From positions 4,288,001 through 4,352,000 of the forward strand of contig CBDCOH010000002.1 in NCBI GenBank assembly GCA_965219685.1: 64,000 bases of DNA. Reading direction: 5' to 3'. Both the position numbers and the translations under genes were made by a program. Positions 1 through 10,021 of this stretch are shown here, in pieces. Source of the DNA: Candidatus Spongiisociaceae bacterium. GTDB lineage: Bacteria > Actinomycetota > Acidimicrobiia > Spongiisociales > Spongiisociaceae. Every line of letters begins with the position of its first letter. The stretch's first letter is position 1. The notes beneath the pieces were generated by a model. The model saw nothing but the letters and a program-made list of their open reading frames with translations, made no database searches and had not been told where the DNA came from.

Positions 1-201
1 AAGGCGCCGGACCTGCTCCACCATGGCCCGGGCGATGTCATCCCGTCCCTGGCCGATGATCGCCGCGCCCGAAACGCCGCTGGTGAGATCCACCAACTCG
101 TGGCCGGCGTCGTCCCACAGCCGGCAGCCCTCGGCCCGCACGAACAGGGGGTACTCGTCGCCGGGGCTCCGGTAGAAGACCGCCGACGGGAACCTATCCA
201 T
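1..201 (-). CDS. Class III (PLP) aminotransferase, N-terminal part; runs off the window edge
   Basis: Own translation from ATG at 201: MDRFPSAVFYRSPGDEYPLFVRAEGCRLWDDAGHELVDLTSGVSGAAIIGQGRDDIARAMVEQV. This matches the class III N-terminal pattern (xxAEGxxLxDxxGxxxxD...G). Confidence 0.8.
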   Translation of the reverse strand, partial: MDRFPSAVFYRSPGDEYPLFVRAEGCRLWDDAGHELVDLTSGVSGAAIIGQGRDDIARAMVEQVRRL

Positions 202-548
202 CGTCGACGGTGTGGTCGCAAACGAATACTGCGGGGTTGGCTACGCGGCAAACTACCTGGTCCGGAGGTTGTGGGCCGGCGAGCGACCCCCTTCGCAGGC
301 ACCCGTCGATCACCTTCATCGGGATGCGCCCTCCTTCCTCCACTCGCGGTATGACACCTGATCAGCCTCGCCATACTCTATTATTCATGCTTATGTGTCG
401 TCTGGATCGGGTGAGCGGAGGAACCGATGCGGCTCAGGAGTGCATCCCCTCACGGCTCCAACCCCACCCGGTCGATGTCACCCTAGACGGCCCGGCCACC
501 CCGACAGCCACCGCTTCTAGTTCGGACACGTAGCACGGGTCCGCTTGT

Positions 549-1922
549 ATGGACGCACTTAGGGGTCGGCTATCCCCCACCGCCATTCTGGCGATGGCAG
601 CCGCGGCCGTCTTCCTGACCGTAGCCAAGACTTCCGCGGCGGCCGTCTCCCAACCCGCTATCGCACACGCCTTCGACGCCGGTCCGGCCGATGTCGGGTG
701 GGTCGTCTTCGGCTTCTCGGGTACGTTCGCCGTCGCCACTGCCGTCTACGGGCCGCTCGCGGTACGTTTCGGGGTGGGGAGAACCCTTGCGTTCGGAATC
801 CTGCTCCTTGCGTTCGGATCTCTCATCGCGCTCGTAGCTCCGACGCTGCAGATCGTGATCGCCGCCCGGATGATCCAAGGAGCCGGTTCGGGTGCCTTAC
901 CGACCCTCTTCCTGGCAATCCTCGCCACGAGGTTTCCCCCGGAGCGGCGGCCCTTCGCCTACGCGGTCATCACCGCCATGCTGGGAATTGCCCAGACGCT
1001 CGGTCCCATCATCGGCGGCCTGCTGGTCGAATTCGTCAGCTGGCGAGCCGCCCTGGCCATCGGGCTGCTCATCTCACCCGCAGCAGCCTTCGTCTGGTAC
1101 GACCTCCCGGAGCCGGGGGACCCGAGCCGGCGGCTCGACTATGCCGGAGCGGCATCCGCAGTCCTCGTGATCGGAAGCTTCGTCTACATTCTGAACCGGC
1201 TCCCCGTCGACGGCGCCACGCTCCTCACGGGGAGCGCCATCCTGGCCGCCGCCGTGGGATCGTTGTTCTCCACGATCTGGGCGAATCGTCACCCGGCGCC
1301 GTTCATCCCGTGCTCGATGGTGCTCGACCGCAGCTACATCGTGCTCGTGACTGCCGGCTTCGTGGGGACCGCCTGCTACCTGGGGACGATCATGGCCCTG
1401 CCGTCCGCACTGGCGAGAGTCCACACGATCGATGCGGTCGGGATCGGACTCGTCATTGTTCCGACCGGCGTTTCGGTAGCGCTCGGGTCAGCAGCGACCG
1501 GCGTCGTGATACGCCGGTTGGGAGATACCGGCGCCGCAATACTGTCACTGCTGTTCCTGTCAGCCGGAACCGGACTGTTCGCCGTGCTCGGCGTGGACAG
1601 GAGCCTCGTCTCGGTGGCCCTGGCCGGGATCCCCATGGGCATGGGGTTGGGACTTCTGAACCCTCCGCTGGTGAACGCCGTGACGCAGCGCTTCGTGGGG
1701 CCCTCCCAGCCGATCGCAATCGGCATCTTCTACCTGGGGTTCTTCTTCGGCGGCGCCGCGGGCGGCGCGGTGACGACCGCGATAGTCCAACGCGACCTGT
1801 CGGTCCCGCTGCTCGGTACAGGGTTTCCGGTAGGCGAGGCAGGGCTGGCTCTCCTGGCTCTCGCCGGAGCCGTCATCATGGCTAGGTCGCTCAACAACAA
1901 CTACGCCACCATCCGCGCGTGA
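549..1922 (+). CDS. MFS transporter (DHA2/14-TM-like)
   Basis: Highly hydrophobic 457 aa, motif-A-like GPLAVRFG and ARMIQGAG; paralog at 23892-25265. Confidence 0.9.
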   Translation: MDALRGRLSPTAILAMAAAAVFLTVAKTSAAAVSQPAIAHAFDAGPADVGWVVFGFSGTFAVATAVYGPLAVRFGVGRTLAFGILLLAFGSLIALVAPTLQIVIAARMIQGAGSGALPTLFLAILATRFPPERRPFAYAVITAMLGIAQTLGPIIGGLLVEFVSWRAALAIGLLISPAAAFVWYDLPEPGDPSRRLDYAGAASAVLVIGSFVYILNRLPVDGATLLTGSAILAAAVGSLFSTIWANRHPAPFIPCSMVLDRSYIVLVTAGFVGTACYLGTIMALPSALARVHTIDAVGIGLVIVPTGVSVALGSAATGVVIRRLGDTGAAILSLLFLSAGTGLFAVLGVDRSLVSVALAGIPMGMGLGLLNPPLVNAVTQRFVGPSQPIAIGIFYLGFFFGGAAGGAVTTAIVQRDLSVPLLGTGFPVGEAGLALLALAGAVIMARSLNNNYATIRA

Positions 1923-2025
1923 GACCCTGCCCGAGAGGGTGCGCGCATAGGCGGGCACGACTGCCGTGGCCCACCCTGCGTGGGACATCTGCACGGAAGG
2001 TAGATGCCCCGCAGGCTCCCGATGT

Positions 2026-3258
2026 TCAGGAATGGTCTGAGTGCCGGATGCGTCGCGCCAGGTACACGGCTCCGAGCAGGACGGGTATCGCCATGACCAG
2101 CGCTGCCGCTCTCACGTTCACGAGGGTGGCTACCGAGCCGTCGATCAGGCTTGCCACCGGCCGGAGGCCCAGGAAGGCCACGCCCCATAGAGCCATCACC
2201 CGGCCGCGATGCTCCTCAGCGACGTTCATCTGTACCAGGGTGGTGGACAGGGTCACCGAGATGATGTACATGATCCCGCCGACGAACAATGCGGCGAGAC
2301 CCATGTTCGGGTGGGTGGACAACCCGAAGAGCGCAATCGCCGTACCTAGGCCGGCCATACCGATTGCGATGCTCCGGAAGGAGGCTCTCACCTTCGTCAC
2401 CGCTAGGGCGGCGGTAAGCGCCGCTCCCAGCCCGAACGCACCGATGAGCACACCCGTGAAGGTGTCCGGCCTCCCGTATATCTCCACGGTGAACGCCGGC
2501 GTCAGATTGCTTACGGGGTCCACCGCGACCGAAACGGCAGCAACCGCGATCAGCAGCGGACCGAGCAGCGGATCCTTGCGGACGACGGTGATCGTCTCCC
2601 GCAGCTTGGCGCGTTCCGCGGGCCGGTCACCCTGGCGCCGCTCGATCCTGAGGATCATCACCGCCCCGGCCAGGGCCAGGTAGGAAAGGGCGTTGATCGA
2701 AAAGGCCCATGTGAACCCGAGGGTAAGGATGATCCCTGCACCCACGACCGGTCCGATCGCCCTGGCAAGGTTGAAGCTGATCGAGCTCAGAGCTACCGCG
2801 GCTTGCAGATCCTTCCGCTCCACGAGGTGCGGAACCAGGGCCTGCTGCGCCGGGAGCAGGAATGCCTTCGTGACGCTGAAGAGCAGGGCAGCCCCTATCA
2901 GCCACATGGGGGTGACCAGCCCGAGATAGTTGACAAGGGCAAGCACCCCGCCTGCTAGTGCAGCCGCCACTTGAGTGACGAAGATCAGCGTGCGCCGATC
3001 GAAGCGGTCGGCCACCGGGCCGGTCCAGGGAGCGAGCACGATCAAGCCCAGGAACTGGGAGAAGGTGGTCATCGCCACCAGGAAGGTCGACCCCGTTAGC
3101 CGGAAGATGAGCAGTGCCAGAGCGATGTTCTGGACCCACGTGCCCATGTTTGATGCCAGGTTTCCGAAGAAGTATGGCCCGAAGTTCCTTCGGAGCAGCA
3201 GGCTCAGAGGCGGGCTGGGCGTGATGTCCGGTTGGGTGGTGTCGATGTCTGAGTCCAT
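2026..3258 (-). CDS. MFS transporter (MFS_3/DHA3-like)
   Basis: GPVADRFDRR motif A, SNMGTWVQ, FNLARAIGP, RGRVMAL. Confidence 0.9.
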   Translation of the reverse strand: MDSDIDTTQPDITPSPPLSLLLRRNFGPYFFGNLASNMGTWVQNIALALLIFRLTGSTFLVAMTTFSQFLGLIVLAPWTGPVADRFDRRTLIFVTQVAAALAGGVLALVNYLGLVTPMWLIGAALLFSVTKAFLLPAQQALVPHLVERKDLQAAVALSSISFNLARAIGPVVGAGIILTLGFTWAFSINALSYLALAGAVMILRIERRQGDRPAERAKLRETITVVRKDPLLGPLLIAVAAVSVAVDPVSNLTPAFTVEIYGRPDTFTGVLIGAFGLGAALTAALAVTKVRASFRSIAIGMAGLGTAIALFGLSTHPNMGLAALFVGGIMYIISVTLSTTLVQMNVAEEHRGRVMALWGVAFLGLRPVASLIDGSVATLVNVRAAALVMAIPVLLGAVYLARRIRHSDHS

Positions 3259-3335
3259 TTACCCCGACCCTGAACAGTAGTGGTTACAGCGCGGGCCGCC
3301 CGACCCGGCGCCTGGAATCCCGGGACGATCTCCGA

Positions 3336-4328
3336 TCAGTTCGCCAGACCCAGTTCTCGCAACCGGGGCAGGACTTGATCACCGAGCAACTCGATCGACT
3401 CGAACCACCGGTCGAACCGGAGACGCAGATCGAACACCAGGTGTTCCACTTCGACCTCGGCGAACTTGGTCACCTCCTGCACGACCTCTTCGGGCGACCC
3501 GGCGATGAGGGACCCCTGGATGTCCTCGGCTGTCCTGAAGACGCCGGAAGGAGGCTTCACCCACCACTTGCCCCGTTCGTTCGCCCAGCGGAGCAGCCCG
3601 TCGATGTTGAGGCCGTCGAACGCCTCCTCATGGGTCTTGGCGATCGAGGTGGGGGGGATCACGGCAACCGTGGGGCGGGAGCGGCCTGCCTCGGCGGCCA
3701 TCCTGTCCATCGCCTCCACCCGCTTGGCGATAGTGGCCAGGGTGGTCCTTCCCGGCATCCAGCCGTCGCAGTAGCGCACCGCCCGCCGCGCCGAGGCGGG
3801 GGTCGATCCGCAGTACCAGAAGGGGACATGGCCGGACGGCTTCGGCTCGATCGAGATCTCCTTGAGCTCGTAGTGGGCGTCCCGGTAGTCGACCCGGTCC
3901 TCGGTGAACAGACGCTTGAGGATGTTGGCGTTCGACTCGACCAGTTCGGGACGGAAGATGCCTGGCATACCGATCGCCTCGAATTCGTGATCGAAGGTGC
4001 CGGCGCCGTAACCGATGATGATCCGGTCACCGACCAGTTGGGCGAGTGACCCGACCGACAGGGCGGTGTGGATCGGATGGCGGAAGGGGATCAGGGATCC
4101 CGTTCCGAGCGTGATCCGGTCGGTCACCGCACCGACCGCGGTGAGGGTGGTCAGGGCTTCGTAGAACACGATGTTCGGGTTCTCGAGTTCCTCATGGGGC
4201 TCGAAGACCAAATGGTCTCGTACCCAGAGAGAGTCGAAACCCAACTCTTCGGCGAGCCGGGAACCGACGAGTATCCGCTCGCGGTTGGCGTACGCGCCGA
4301 AGTGGGGTAGGAGCAGGCCGAATTGCAT
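3336..4328 (-). CDS. LLM-class (luciferase-like) flavin/F420-dependent oxidoreductase 1
   Basis: MQFGLLLPHFG...AEELGFDSLWVRDH...DGWMPG; start taken at ATG 4328 by alignment with the two paralogs. Confidence 0.9.
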   Translation of the reverse strand: MQFGLLLPHFGAYANRERILVGSRLAEELGFDSLWVRDHLVFEPHEELENPNIVFYEALTTLTAVGAVTDRITLGTGSLIPFRHPIHTALSVGSLAQLVGDRIIIGYGAGTFDHEFEAIGMPGIFRPELVESNANILKRLFTEDRVDYRDAHYELKEISIEPKPSGHVPFWYCGSTPASARRAVRYCDGWMPGRTTLATIAKRVEAMDRMAAEAGRSRPTVAVIPPTSIAKTHEEAFDGLNIDGLLRWANERGKWWVKPPSGVFRTAEDIQGSLIAGSPEEVVQEVTKFAEVEVEHLVFDLRLRFDRWFESIELLGDQVLPRLRELGLAN

Positions 4329-4347
4329 GGCGGTGAGTCCCCTTCCT

Positions 4348-5721
4348 CTAATTGCCGGGCTTCGCGTGACGGCCGTATCCGGGTTCCCCCTTGACGGTCC
4401 CGTCACCGTATACCTCGTTACCCCTCAGGAAAGTGCGTTCGACGGCCCCGACAACCCGACGCCCGTCATATGCGGTCCATCCGATCTTGGACAGCACGTC
4501 CTCGTTGCGGATGGTCCACTCCTTGGCGGGGTCGACGATCAGCAGATCGGCGTCGAAGCCCGGCCGAAGGTATCCCTTGGAACCGATGTCGAAGGACCGG
4601 GCGGGTGCTTCGGCTATCAACTCGACCACCCGTTCGACGGTGAGCTTGCCCTGGTTGGCGGCATCGAGCAGCAGCGGCACCTGGTGCTGGACTCCGGGAG
4701 TGCCGGTATGGGCGGCCCACATGTCCTCCCAGCCCACATCTTTCTCCGCCCGGGTATGGGGCGCGTGATCGGAGGAGACCATGTCTATGGTTCCATCGTT
4801 CAAGGCCTCCCAGATGGCGGCGCGGTGGTGGTCGGGCACCCAGTAGGACAGGCAGTAGGGCCCGAGTTCGAGCACGTCCTCCCACGTGCTGAGGAACAGG
4901 GCCCAGTGGTTGACCTCGCCCGTGACCGGGATGCCCTCGTCCTTGGCCCGGCGGATCATCTCTATCCCCTCGGTGGTCTGGACGTGGACGATGTGGAGGC
5001 GGCAGCCGGTGGCCTTCGCCATCCGCAGCAGGGTGGCGGTGGCGGTGTCCCAGATGATGCCGTCGTAGGCGGCCAGGGTCTTGGCGTATGCTTCCGGGCT
5101 GCGGTCCCCCCTCTTCCAGTAGCCCTGCTCGACGTGGTCCATCAGGGCTTGGTCGTGCGGGTGGACCATGAACACGCGGCCCGTTTCCTTTACGTCCTCG
5201 AACATCTGCAGCAGGTGGCCGTGGTCGTGGATACCCGTGCCCGCCGGATGGGGATAGGTGCGGCCGGTGTCCACCACCATATACACCTTGAAGGCGGCCA
5301 CTCCGGCCTCGGCCATGGCATCGGTCTCGCCATGGGTGGGTACCGGGTTGTGGTTGTAGTCGACGATGCTCTTGGCTTTGTAGAGGTCCAGGACTTCGTC
5401 TAGGTAGGTCCTGGTCACGGTGGGGGGATCGAGGTTGGGCATCCCGAAGATCGTGGTTACGCCGCCTGCCGCCGCAGCTTCGGTGCAAGTGATCAGGTCT
5501 TCCTTGTGGGTATAGCCTGGTTCGCGGGTGTGAACGTGAACATCCACCATGCCGGGCAGAACCAGTTTGCCGGTGGCGTCCACCACCCGGTCCGCCTCCG
5601 CGCCGGTACCGCTACCAGCGGCGACCTCGACTATCCGCCCGCCGGAGACGAGGATGTCCGCCCGCCGCCGACCCGAACCGGACACGAGAGTTCCTCCGAC
5701 TACGGCCAGATCGTAGGTCAT
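4348..5721 (-). CDS. Dihydroorotase/allantoinase-family cyclic amidohydrolase
   Basis: DVHVHTREPG (HxH), AAAGGVTT, FKVYM (carboxylated Lys position), SSDHAPH. Confidence 0.9.
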   Translation of the reverse strand: MTYDLAVVGGTLVSGSGRRRADILVSGGRIVEVAAGSGTGAEADRVVDATGKLVLPGMVDVHVHTREPGYTHKEDLITCTEAAAAGGVTTIFGMPNLDPPTVTRTYLDEVLDLYKAKSIVDYNHNPVPTHGETDAMAEAGVAAFKVYMVVDTGRTYPHPAGTGIHDHGHLLQMFEDVKETGRVFMVHPHDQALMDHVEQGYWKRGDRSPEAYAKTLAAYDGIIWDTATATLLRMAKATGCRLHIVHVQTTEGIEMIRRAKDEGIPVTGEVNHWALFLSTWEDVLELGPYCLSYWVPDHHRAAIWEALNDGTIDMVSSDHAPHTRAEKDVGWEDMWAAHTGTPGVQHQVPLLLDAANQGKLTVERVVELIAEAPARSFDIGSKGYLRPGFDADLLIVDPAKEWTIRNEDVLSKIGWTAYDGRRVVGAVERTFLRGNEVYGDGTVKGEPGYGRHAKPGN

Positions 5722-6644
5722 GATGTCGCTCCAGGGTCATGGTTGATCGTTACTGGTTCTCTTCGCAGGTGCGTGCTGAACCAGTCGGTGATCTGGGGGA
5801 TCACCGTGTCCGCGTGCTGCGCGTAGGCGCCGTAGTGGGTGGTGTGGCGCTGCATGAGCAGCTTCTTGGGAGGGCGCGCGCGCTCGTACAGGGCCACCGC
5901 ATGGTCGGTGGGGGTAACAGGGTCGTCCTCAACCCCGATGATAAGGAGGGGGGCATCGTCGATCCTGCTGACCGCTTCGATCGGCTTGTACGCGAGTATC
6001 CCGTCCACGCTCCTTAGCTGCACCCGGGTGGGCACGCGGGAGTCCACGTCCTTCTTCACCTTCGTAGCCCTGCGCTCGGGTGTCTGCAGCATGATGTCCT
6101 CGCGAGGATGGACGAGCGCACTCTTCCCCGTCAGGACCCGGTTCGTACGGTCGGCATGGAGGGACTCCAGCAGTTCGTACCATTCGTACTCGCGGCGCAT
6201 CCGCCGCAACCAGTCCTCCCCGTCGGCCACCGGCACCTGCGAGACGGCGCAGCGGATGCGGGAGTCAGCTGCGGCCAGCATTATGGCGTTCCCGCCGCCG
6301 GTTCCTCCGCTCCCGAAAGTGCCGATGCTGTCCTGGTCGACATCCGGCCGTGACGCCATGTAGGTCACCGCGTTGATCAGGTCCTCCAGCTGGCGGGAGG
6401 GCAGCAGGAGATCGCTCGCTCCCTCCGAGGATCCGAAGCCGCGGTAGTCAAAGATGAGCACCGCGATGCCGGCATCGGTGAGGGCTTCGTGGTAGGGGAG
6501 GTAGAGCCGAGCGTCCTTGAGGCCCAGCCAGCCGGGTCCCTGGACCACCGCTGCGTAGGGACCGTCGCCTGTCCGGTCGGGGAGCCGGAGGAGTGCCGAG
6601 ACGCGCTCCCCTTCCGAATAGAACGAAACATCCTCGGCCCTCAC
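5718..6644 (-). CDS. Alpha/beta-fold hydrolase
   Basis: FDYRGFGSSEG, atypical elbow GSGGTGGG, Asp (DDPVTP) and His (TTHY); 4-bp overlap with the next gene. Confidence 0.85.
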   Translation of the reverse strand: MRAEDVSFYSEGERVSALLRLPDRTGDGPYAAVVQGPGWLGLKDARLYLPYHEALTDAGIAVLIFDYRGFGSSEGASDLLLPSRQLEDLINAVTYMASRPDVDQDSIGTFGSGGTGGGNAIMLAAADSRIRCAVSQVPVADGEDWLRRMRREYEWYELLESLHADRTNRVLTGKSALVHPREDIMLQTPERRATKVKKDVDSRVPTRVQLRSVDGILAYKPIEAVSRIDDAPLLIIGVEDDPVTPTDHAVALYERARPPKKLLMQRHTTHYGAYAQHADTVIPQITDWFSTHLRREPVTINHDPGATS

Positions 6645-6690
6645 CGTCTACCCTTCGCCGCCGCTCACACCGGGGGAGTATAGATAGCCC

Positions 6691-6705
6691 GATATACGGT
6701 ATACA
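6691..6705. promoter_or_regulatory. Putative GntR operator (GATATA-CGG-TATACA)
   Basis: Matches the TGYATA-N3-TATRCA motif at 16551, 41999 and 42798; upstream of the 6644 operon. Confidence 0.5.
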
Positions 6706-6764
6706 GGTGCCGGATGTGACGTGCCAGGTTTCCGTAGAAGCCACTATCTGCTGTCCACCATCCG

Positions 6765-8033
6765 CTAACCACAGATTTCGGCGATGCACTGCGCATAGAC
6801 CTTGGTGCAGCTGACCAGGTTGTCGATGGAAACTATCTCCCCGTACTGGTCGTACACGTCGTAGACGCCGTCCTTGCGGATGCCGCCCGGACCGTAGGTG
6901 AGGGAGGGCACCCCGTATTCGTGGAGTATCGACGTATCGGCCGAGACGTCGTAGCGGTACGGTTCCACTTTGCGGGAGGGCTCTCCGAACACCGCGTGAT
7001 GGGCACGTCCCACCGTCTGGACCAAGGGCTCGTCATCGGTGATCTCGTAGCCGTTCCGGCACAGGAAGAAGGAGAGTTCGGTCTCCAGTTCCGGGTCGTC
7101 CTCCCGGAGGTCATCCAGGAACCCCCTGACCTGCCGGTGGATATCCATGATGGTTGCGGTGGGAGGGAAGCGGAAGTCGAGGTACAGGGTGCAACTGCGA
7201 GCCGGGTTGACCGCCGGCTGGAAGGGGTTCCCACCCCGGATCGCCCCGAATCCGATTCTCGAACCCATAGTCGGATGAGCGTGCGAGGCGGCGAACTCCG
7301 GCTCCCACGCCCGGAAGGCGTCCAGCACCCGGACCCCCTTGTCGATGGCATCGTCCCCGTGCTCCTTCGACCAGGTGTGGCGGGAGAGACCTCGTGTGGT
7401 GACCTTGGCGAAGATGTAGCTCGAGTTGCCGGTCTGGACCCTCAGGCCGGTCGGCTCGCCGATGATCGCCGCGTCCGCCACGACTCCGTGCTGGGCGGCG
7501 TACATGGTGCCCCAACCTCCGGCCCGGTAGGCCGGTCCGGAGAACTCGTCGGTGGGGGACTTCTCCGTCTCTCCGATCACGCCGGCCACGATGATGTCGC
7601 CCCGGATTTCGATGTTTGACTCCTGCACCGCCCGGATCGCTCCGTGGTAGGCGGCGAAGGCCGACTTCATGTTGGACACCCCGAGACCGTAGATCCACCC
7701 TGTCCCATCAAGGGTCGCCTTGGGAAGCAGCCCGAACGGCATACCCGGATCCTTGCCGGTCATCCCCGTGTCGAAGTGGGCTCCGAGCAGGAGGCTCCGG
7801 CCACGGCCGCTACCCCTCAGGCGGCCGATCACGTTGTAACGGTCGGGTTCGACCTCCTGCAGTTCGATGTCCATCCCGTCGATCTCCCGGAACCGCTGCG
7901 CCACGTAGTCGGCGATCGCGCCCTCCTCCCCTGTAGGGCTGGGAATGTCCACGAGGTCGCATGTCATGCCCACCATCTCGTCCCGGAGGTCGGGGGTGAA
8001 AGCCGGAAGCAACCGGTCGAGTAGTTCGTTCAT
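6765..8033 (-). CDS. M20/ArgE-DapE-family metallo-amidohydrolase with atypical metal ligands
   Basis: IPSPTGEE, GAHFDT, IYGLGVSNMK, IIGEPT, YGPG. Confidence 0.85.
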   Translation of the reverse strand: MNELLDRLLPAFTPDLRDEMVGMTCDLVDIPSPTGEEGAIADYVAQRFREIDGMDIELQEVEPDRYNVIGRLRGSGRGRSLLLGAHFDTGMTGKDPGMPFGLLPKATLDGTGWIYGLGVSNMKSAFAAYHGAIRAVQESNIEIRGDIIVAGVIGETEKSPTDEFSGPAYRAGGWGTMYAAQHGVVADAAIIGEPTGLRVQTGNSSYIFAKVTTRGLSRHTWSKEHGDDAIDKGVRVLDAFRAWEPEFAASHAHPTMGSRIGFGAIRGGNPFQPAVNPARSCTLYLDFRFPPTATIMDIHRQVRGFLDDLREDDPELETELSFFLCRNGYEITDDEPLVQTVGRAHHAVFGEPSRKVEPYRYDVSADTSILHEYGVPSLTYGPGGIRKDGVYDVYDQYGEIVSIDNLVSCTKVYAQCIAEICG

Positions 8034-8170
8034 AGTCGGGGTCTCTCTTCTATCTCGTAATGCTCGGGTTACGCAGGCAACGCGGTGGGCCTGCCGCCCG
8101 GTCGACTAACAAGGCTCGACCGGGTGGAGCGGCTGCATCCCGGTCGTCTGAACCTTCTCAAGCAGGGACT

Positions 8171-8572
8171 TCAACCCGCCCAGCCAACCAATGCGTCGAT
8201 GCTTATCTGGCCGGGACCCTGCATGAGGATGACCACACCCACGATGATGAGCGTGAACGGCCAGTCCCACCCATCCACGAAGCCCTGCTTCCACTTCACC
8301 ATCGGTATCGCCAGGATGAGAACCAGGATCAACGGGATGACCGCCACCCGGGTCGCCAGACCGACGACCAGCAGGATGCCGCACAGGGTCTCGACATATC
8401 CGGCAAGCAACGCCACCGCGGCGGGGTAGGGGACCCCCTTGCTCCGCAAGAGGTTCTCGGTGCGACGCGGGCCGTGGCCGGTGTCGGCGCTTCTGAAGAT
8501 CTTCGGCCATCCATGCGCTATGAAGACGGCACCCATCGTGGCCCGCAGCAACCCTATGCCGAGGTCCTCCAC
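8171..8572 (-). CDS. DoxX-family membrane protein
   Basis: LLRATMGAVFIAHGWPK...GLATR...GPGQISID. Confidence 0.9.
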   Translation of the reverse strand: MEDLGIGLLRATMGAVFIAHGWPKIFRSADTGHGPRRTENLLRSKGVPYPAAVALLAGYVETLCGILLVVGLATRVAVIPLILVLILAIPMVKWKQGFVDGWDWPFTLIIVGVVILMQGPGQISIDALVGWAG

Positions 8573-8666
8573 CGTTTCTCCTCCCGCCGTCCGCCACTCC
8601 GGAGCTCTGCTAGCGGCCTATCCGGCCGGTGGATCGTGCCCGCCCCGCATCGGATACTCTAACCGG

Positions 8667-9533
8667 GTGAAGCCCCCGCCCTTCAGCTACGCCTCGCCGA
8701 CCACCGTTACCGAGGCAACCAACATGCTGGACCGAGATAGTGGCGGTGCACGCGTGCTCGCGGGGGGCCAGAGCCTGATTCCGATGCTTCGCCGGCGCCT
8801 GGTAGAACCCGACACGCTGGTGGATCTCCGCGGGATCAACGCCCTGCACCGTATCTCCTTCGACGGGATCTGCACGCTCCGGCTGGGGGCGATGGTCACC
8901 CACGTCGCCATCGAGCGATGGGCTTCCGACCATGGGGAAGTTCTCCTCACCGATGCCGCCGCGCATATCGGTCACAGTTCGGTCAGGACTATGGGCACCG
9001 TGGTAGGAAGCCTGGCCCACGCGGATCCCGCAGCCGAGTGGAGCGCAATCGCCCTCGTCCTCCAAGGTGTATGCGACGTCGCCGGACCGGACGGAGAGCG
9101 GCAGGTGGCGATCGGCCGGTTGTTCACCGGCCCGTACTCGACCAGCCTTGGCCAAGCGGAACTGATCACCTCGTTGACCCTCAACCTGCCCGGTCCCGCG
9201 ACCGGAGCCGGCTTCGCGGAGGTGGCGCCCCGCCGAGGTGACCCGGCCGTGGCCGGTGCGGCCGCTGTTGTTGCCCTCGACGGGCCGGAGGTGAGGAGGG
9301 CCCGCGTGGCTCTCATCGGCCTGGCCCCCACCCCTTGCCGGGCGCCGTCGGTCGAAGCCGCCCTCACCGGCCGCCCGGCCTCGGTCGGCGTCGAAGCGGC
9401 CGCGCAAGCCGTGGAGGACGACACATCTCCATTGGGAGACATCCACGGTTCCGGGGACTACCGCCGGCGGGTGGCGCCGGTCGTGGTCACCCGCGCCCTG
9501 AAATCGGCGCTTGGCCGGGCTACGAAGGGCTGA
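8667..9533 (+). CDS. Xanthine dehydrogenase/CoxM-family FAD-binding subunit
   Basis: (M)KPPPFSY, LAGGQSLIP, IGHSSVRTMGTVVGSLAHADPAAE, DIHGSGDYRR; GTG start 6 nt after TACTCT (leaderless). Confidence 0.9.
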   Translation: MKPPPFSYASPTTVTEATNMLDRDSGGARVLAGGQSLIPMLRRRLVEPDTLVDLRGINALHRISFDGICTLRLGAMVTHVAIERWASDHGEVLLTDAAAHIGHSSVRTMGTVVGSLAHADPAAEWSAIALVLQGVCDVAGPDGERQVAIGRLFTGPYSTSLGQAELITSLTLNLPGPATGAGFAEVAPRRGDPAVAGAAAVVALDGPEVRRARVALIGLAPTPCRAPSVEAALTGRPASVGVEAAAQAVEDDTSPLGDIHGSGDYRRRVAPVVVTRALKSALGRATKG

Positions 9534-9535
9534 TC

Positions 9536-10021
9536 GTGAACCAGTCCGTCCAGGTCACGATGCTCGTGAACGGCGTCGAGCACACCCTGGCGGTAGAGCC
9601 CCGCATGGTTTTGGCCGACGTGTTGAGGGAACGCCTCGATCTGCACAGCATCCACCTGGGATGCGAGGAGGGAGTCTGCGGCGCCTGCACCGTGCTCGTG
9701 GACGGGGAGCCGGCTACGTCGTGCCTGGTCCTGGCAGTGCAGGTGGAAGGTCGATCGATCACCACGCTGGAAGGGTTGGACGGCGAGGCGACCATGACAG
9801 CCTTGCAGACCTCCTTCCATGAGAACTTCGCGCTCCAGTGCGGCTTCTGTACCCCCGGCATGCTGGTGAACCTGTTCTCCCTGCTCGAGGAGCGGGCAGA
9901 GCCCCCGGCTCCCTCCGAGGAAGAAGTTCGTCTCCGCCTCAACGGAAACCTCTGCCGGTGCACCGGCTACCAGAGCATCGTCGCGGCGGCTTTGCAGGCG
10001 GCCGGGCGGGAGGATCCGTGA
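9536..10021 (+). CDS. CoxS-family 2x[2Fe-2S] subunit
   Basis: GCEEGVCGAC, QCGFCTPG, GNLCRCTGY. Confidence 0.95.
   Translation: MNQSVQVTMLVNGVEHTLAVEPRMVLADVLRERLDLHSIHLGCEEGVCGACTVLVDGEPATSCLVLAVQVEGRSITTLEGLDGEATMTALQTSFHENFALQCGFCTPGMLVNLFSLLEERAEPPAPSEEEVRLRLNGNLCRCTGYQSIVAAALQAAGREDP

Noticed and set aside
4348-5721. Biosynthetic pyrC
   Set aside because: No pyr genes nearby; the context is catabolic, so it is named at family level only.
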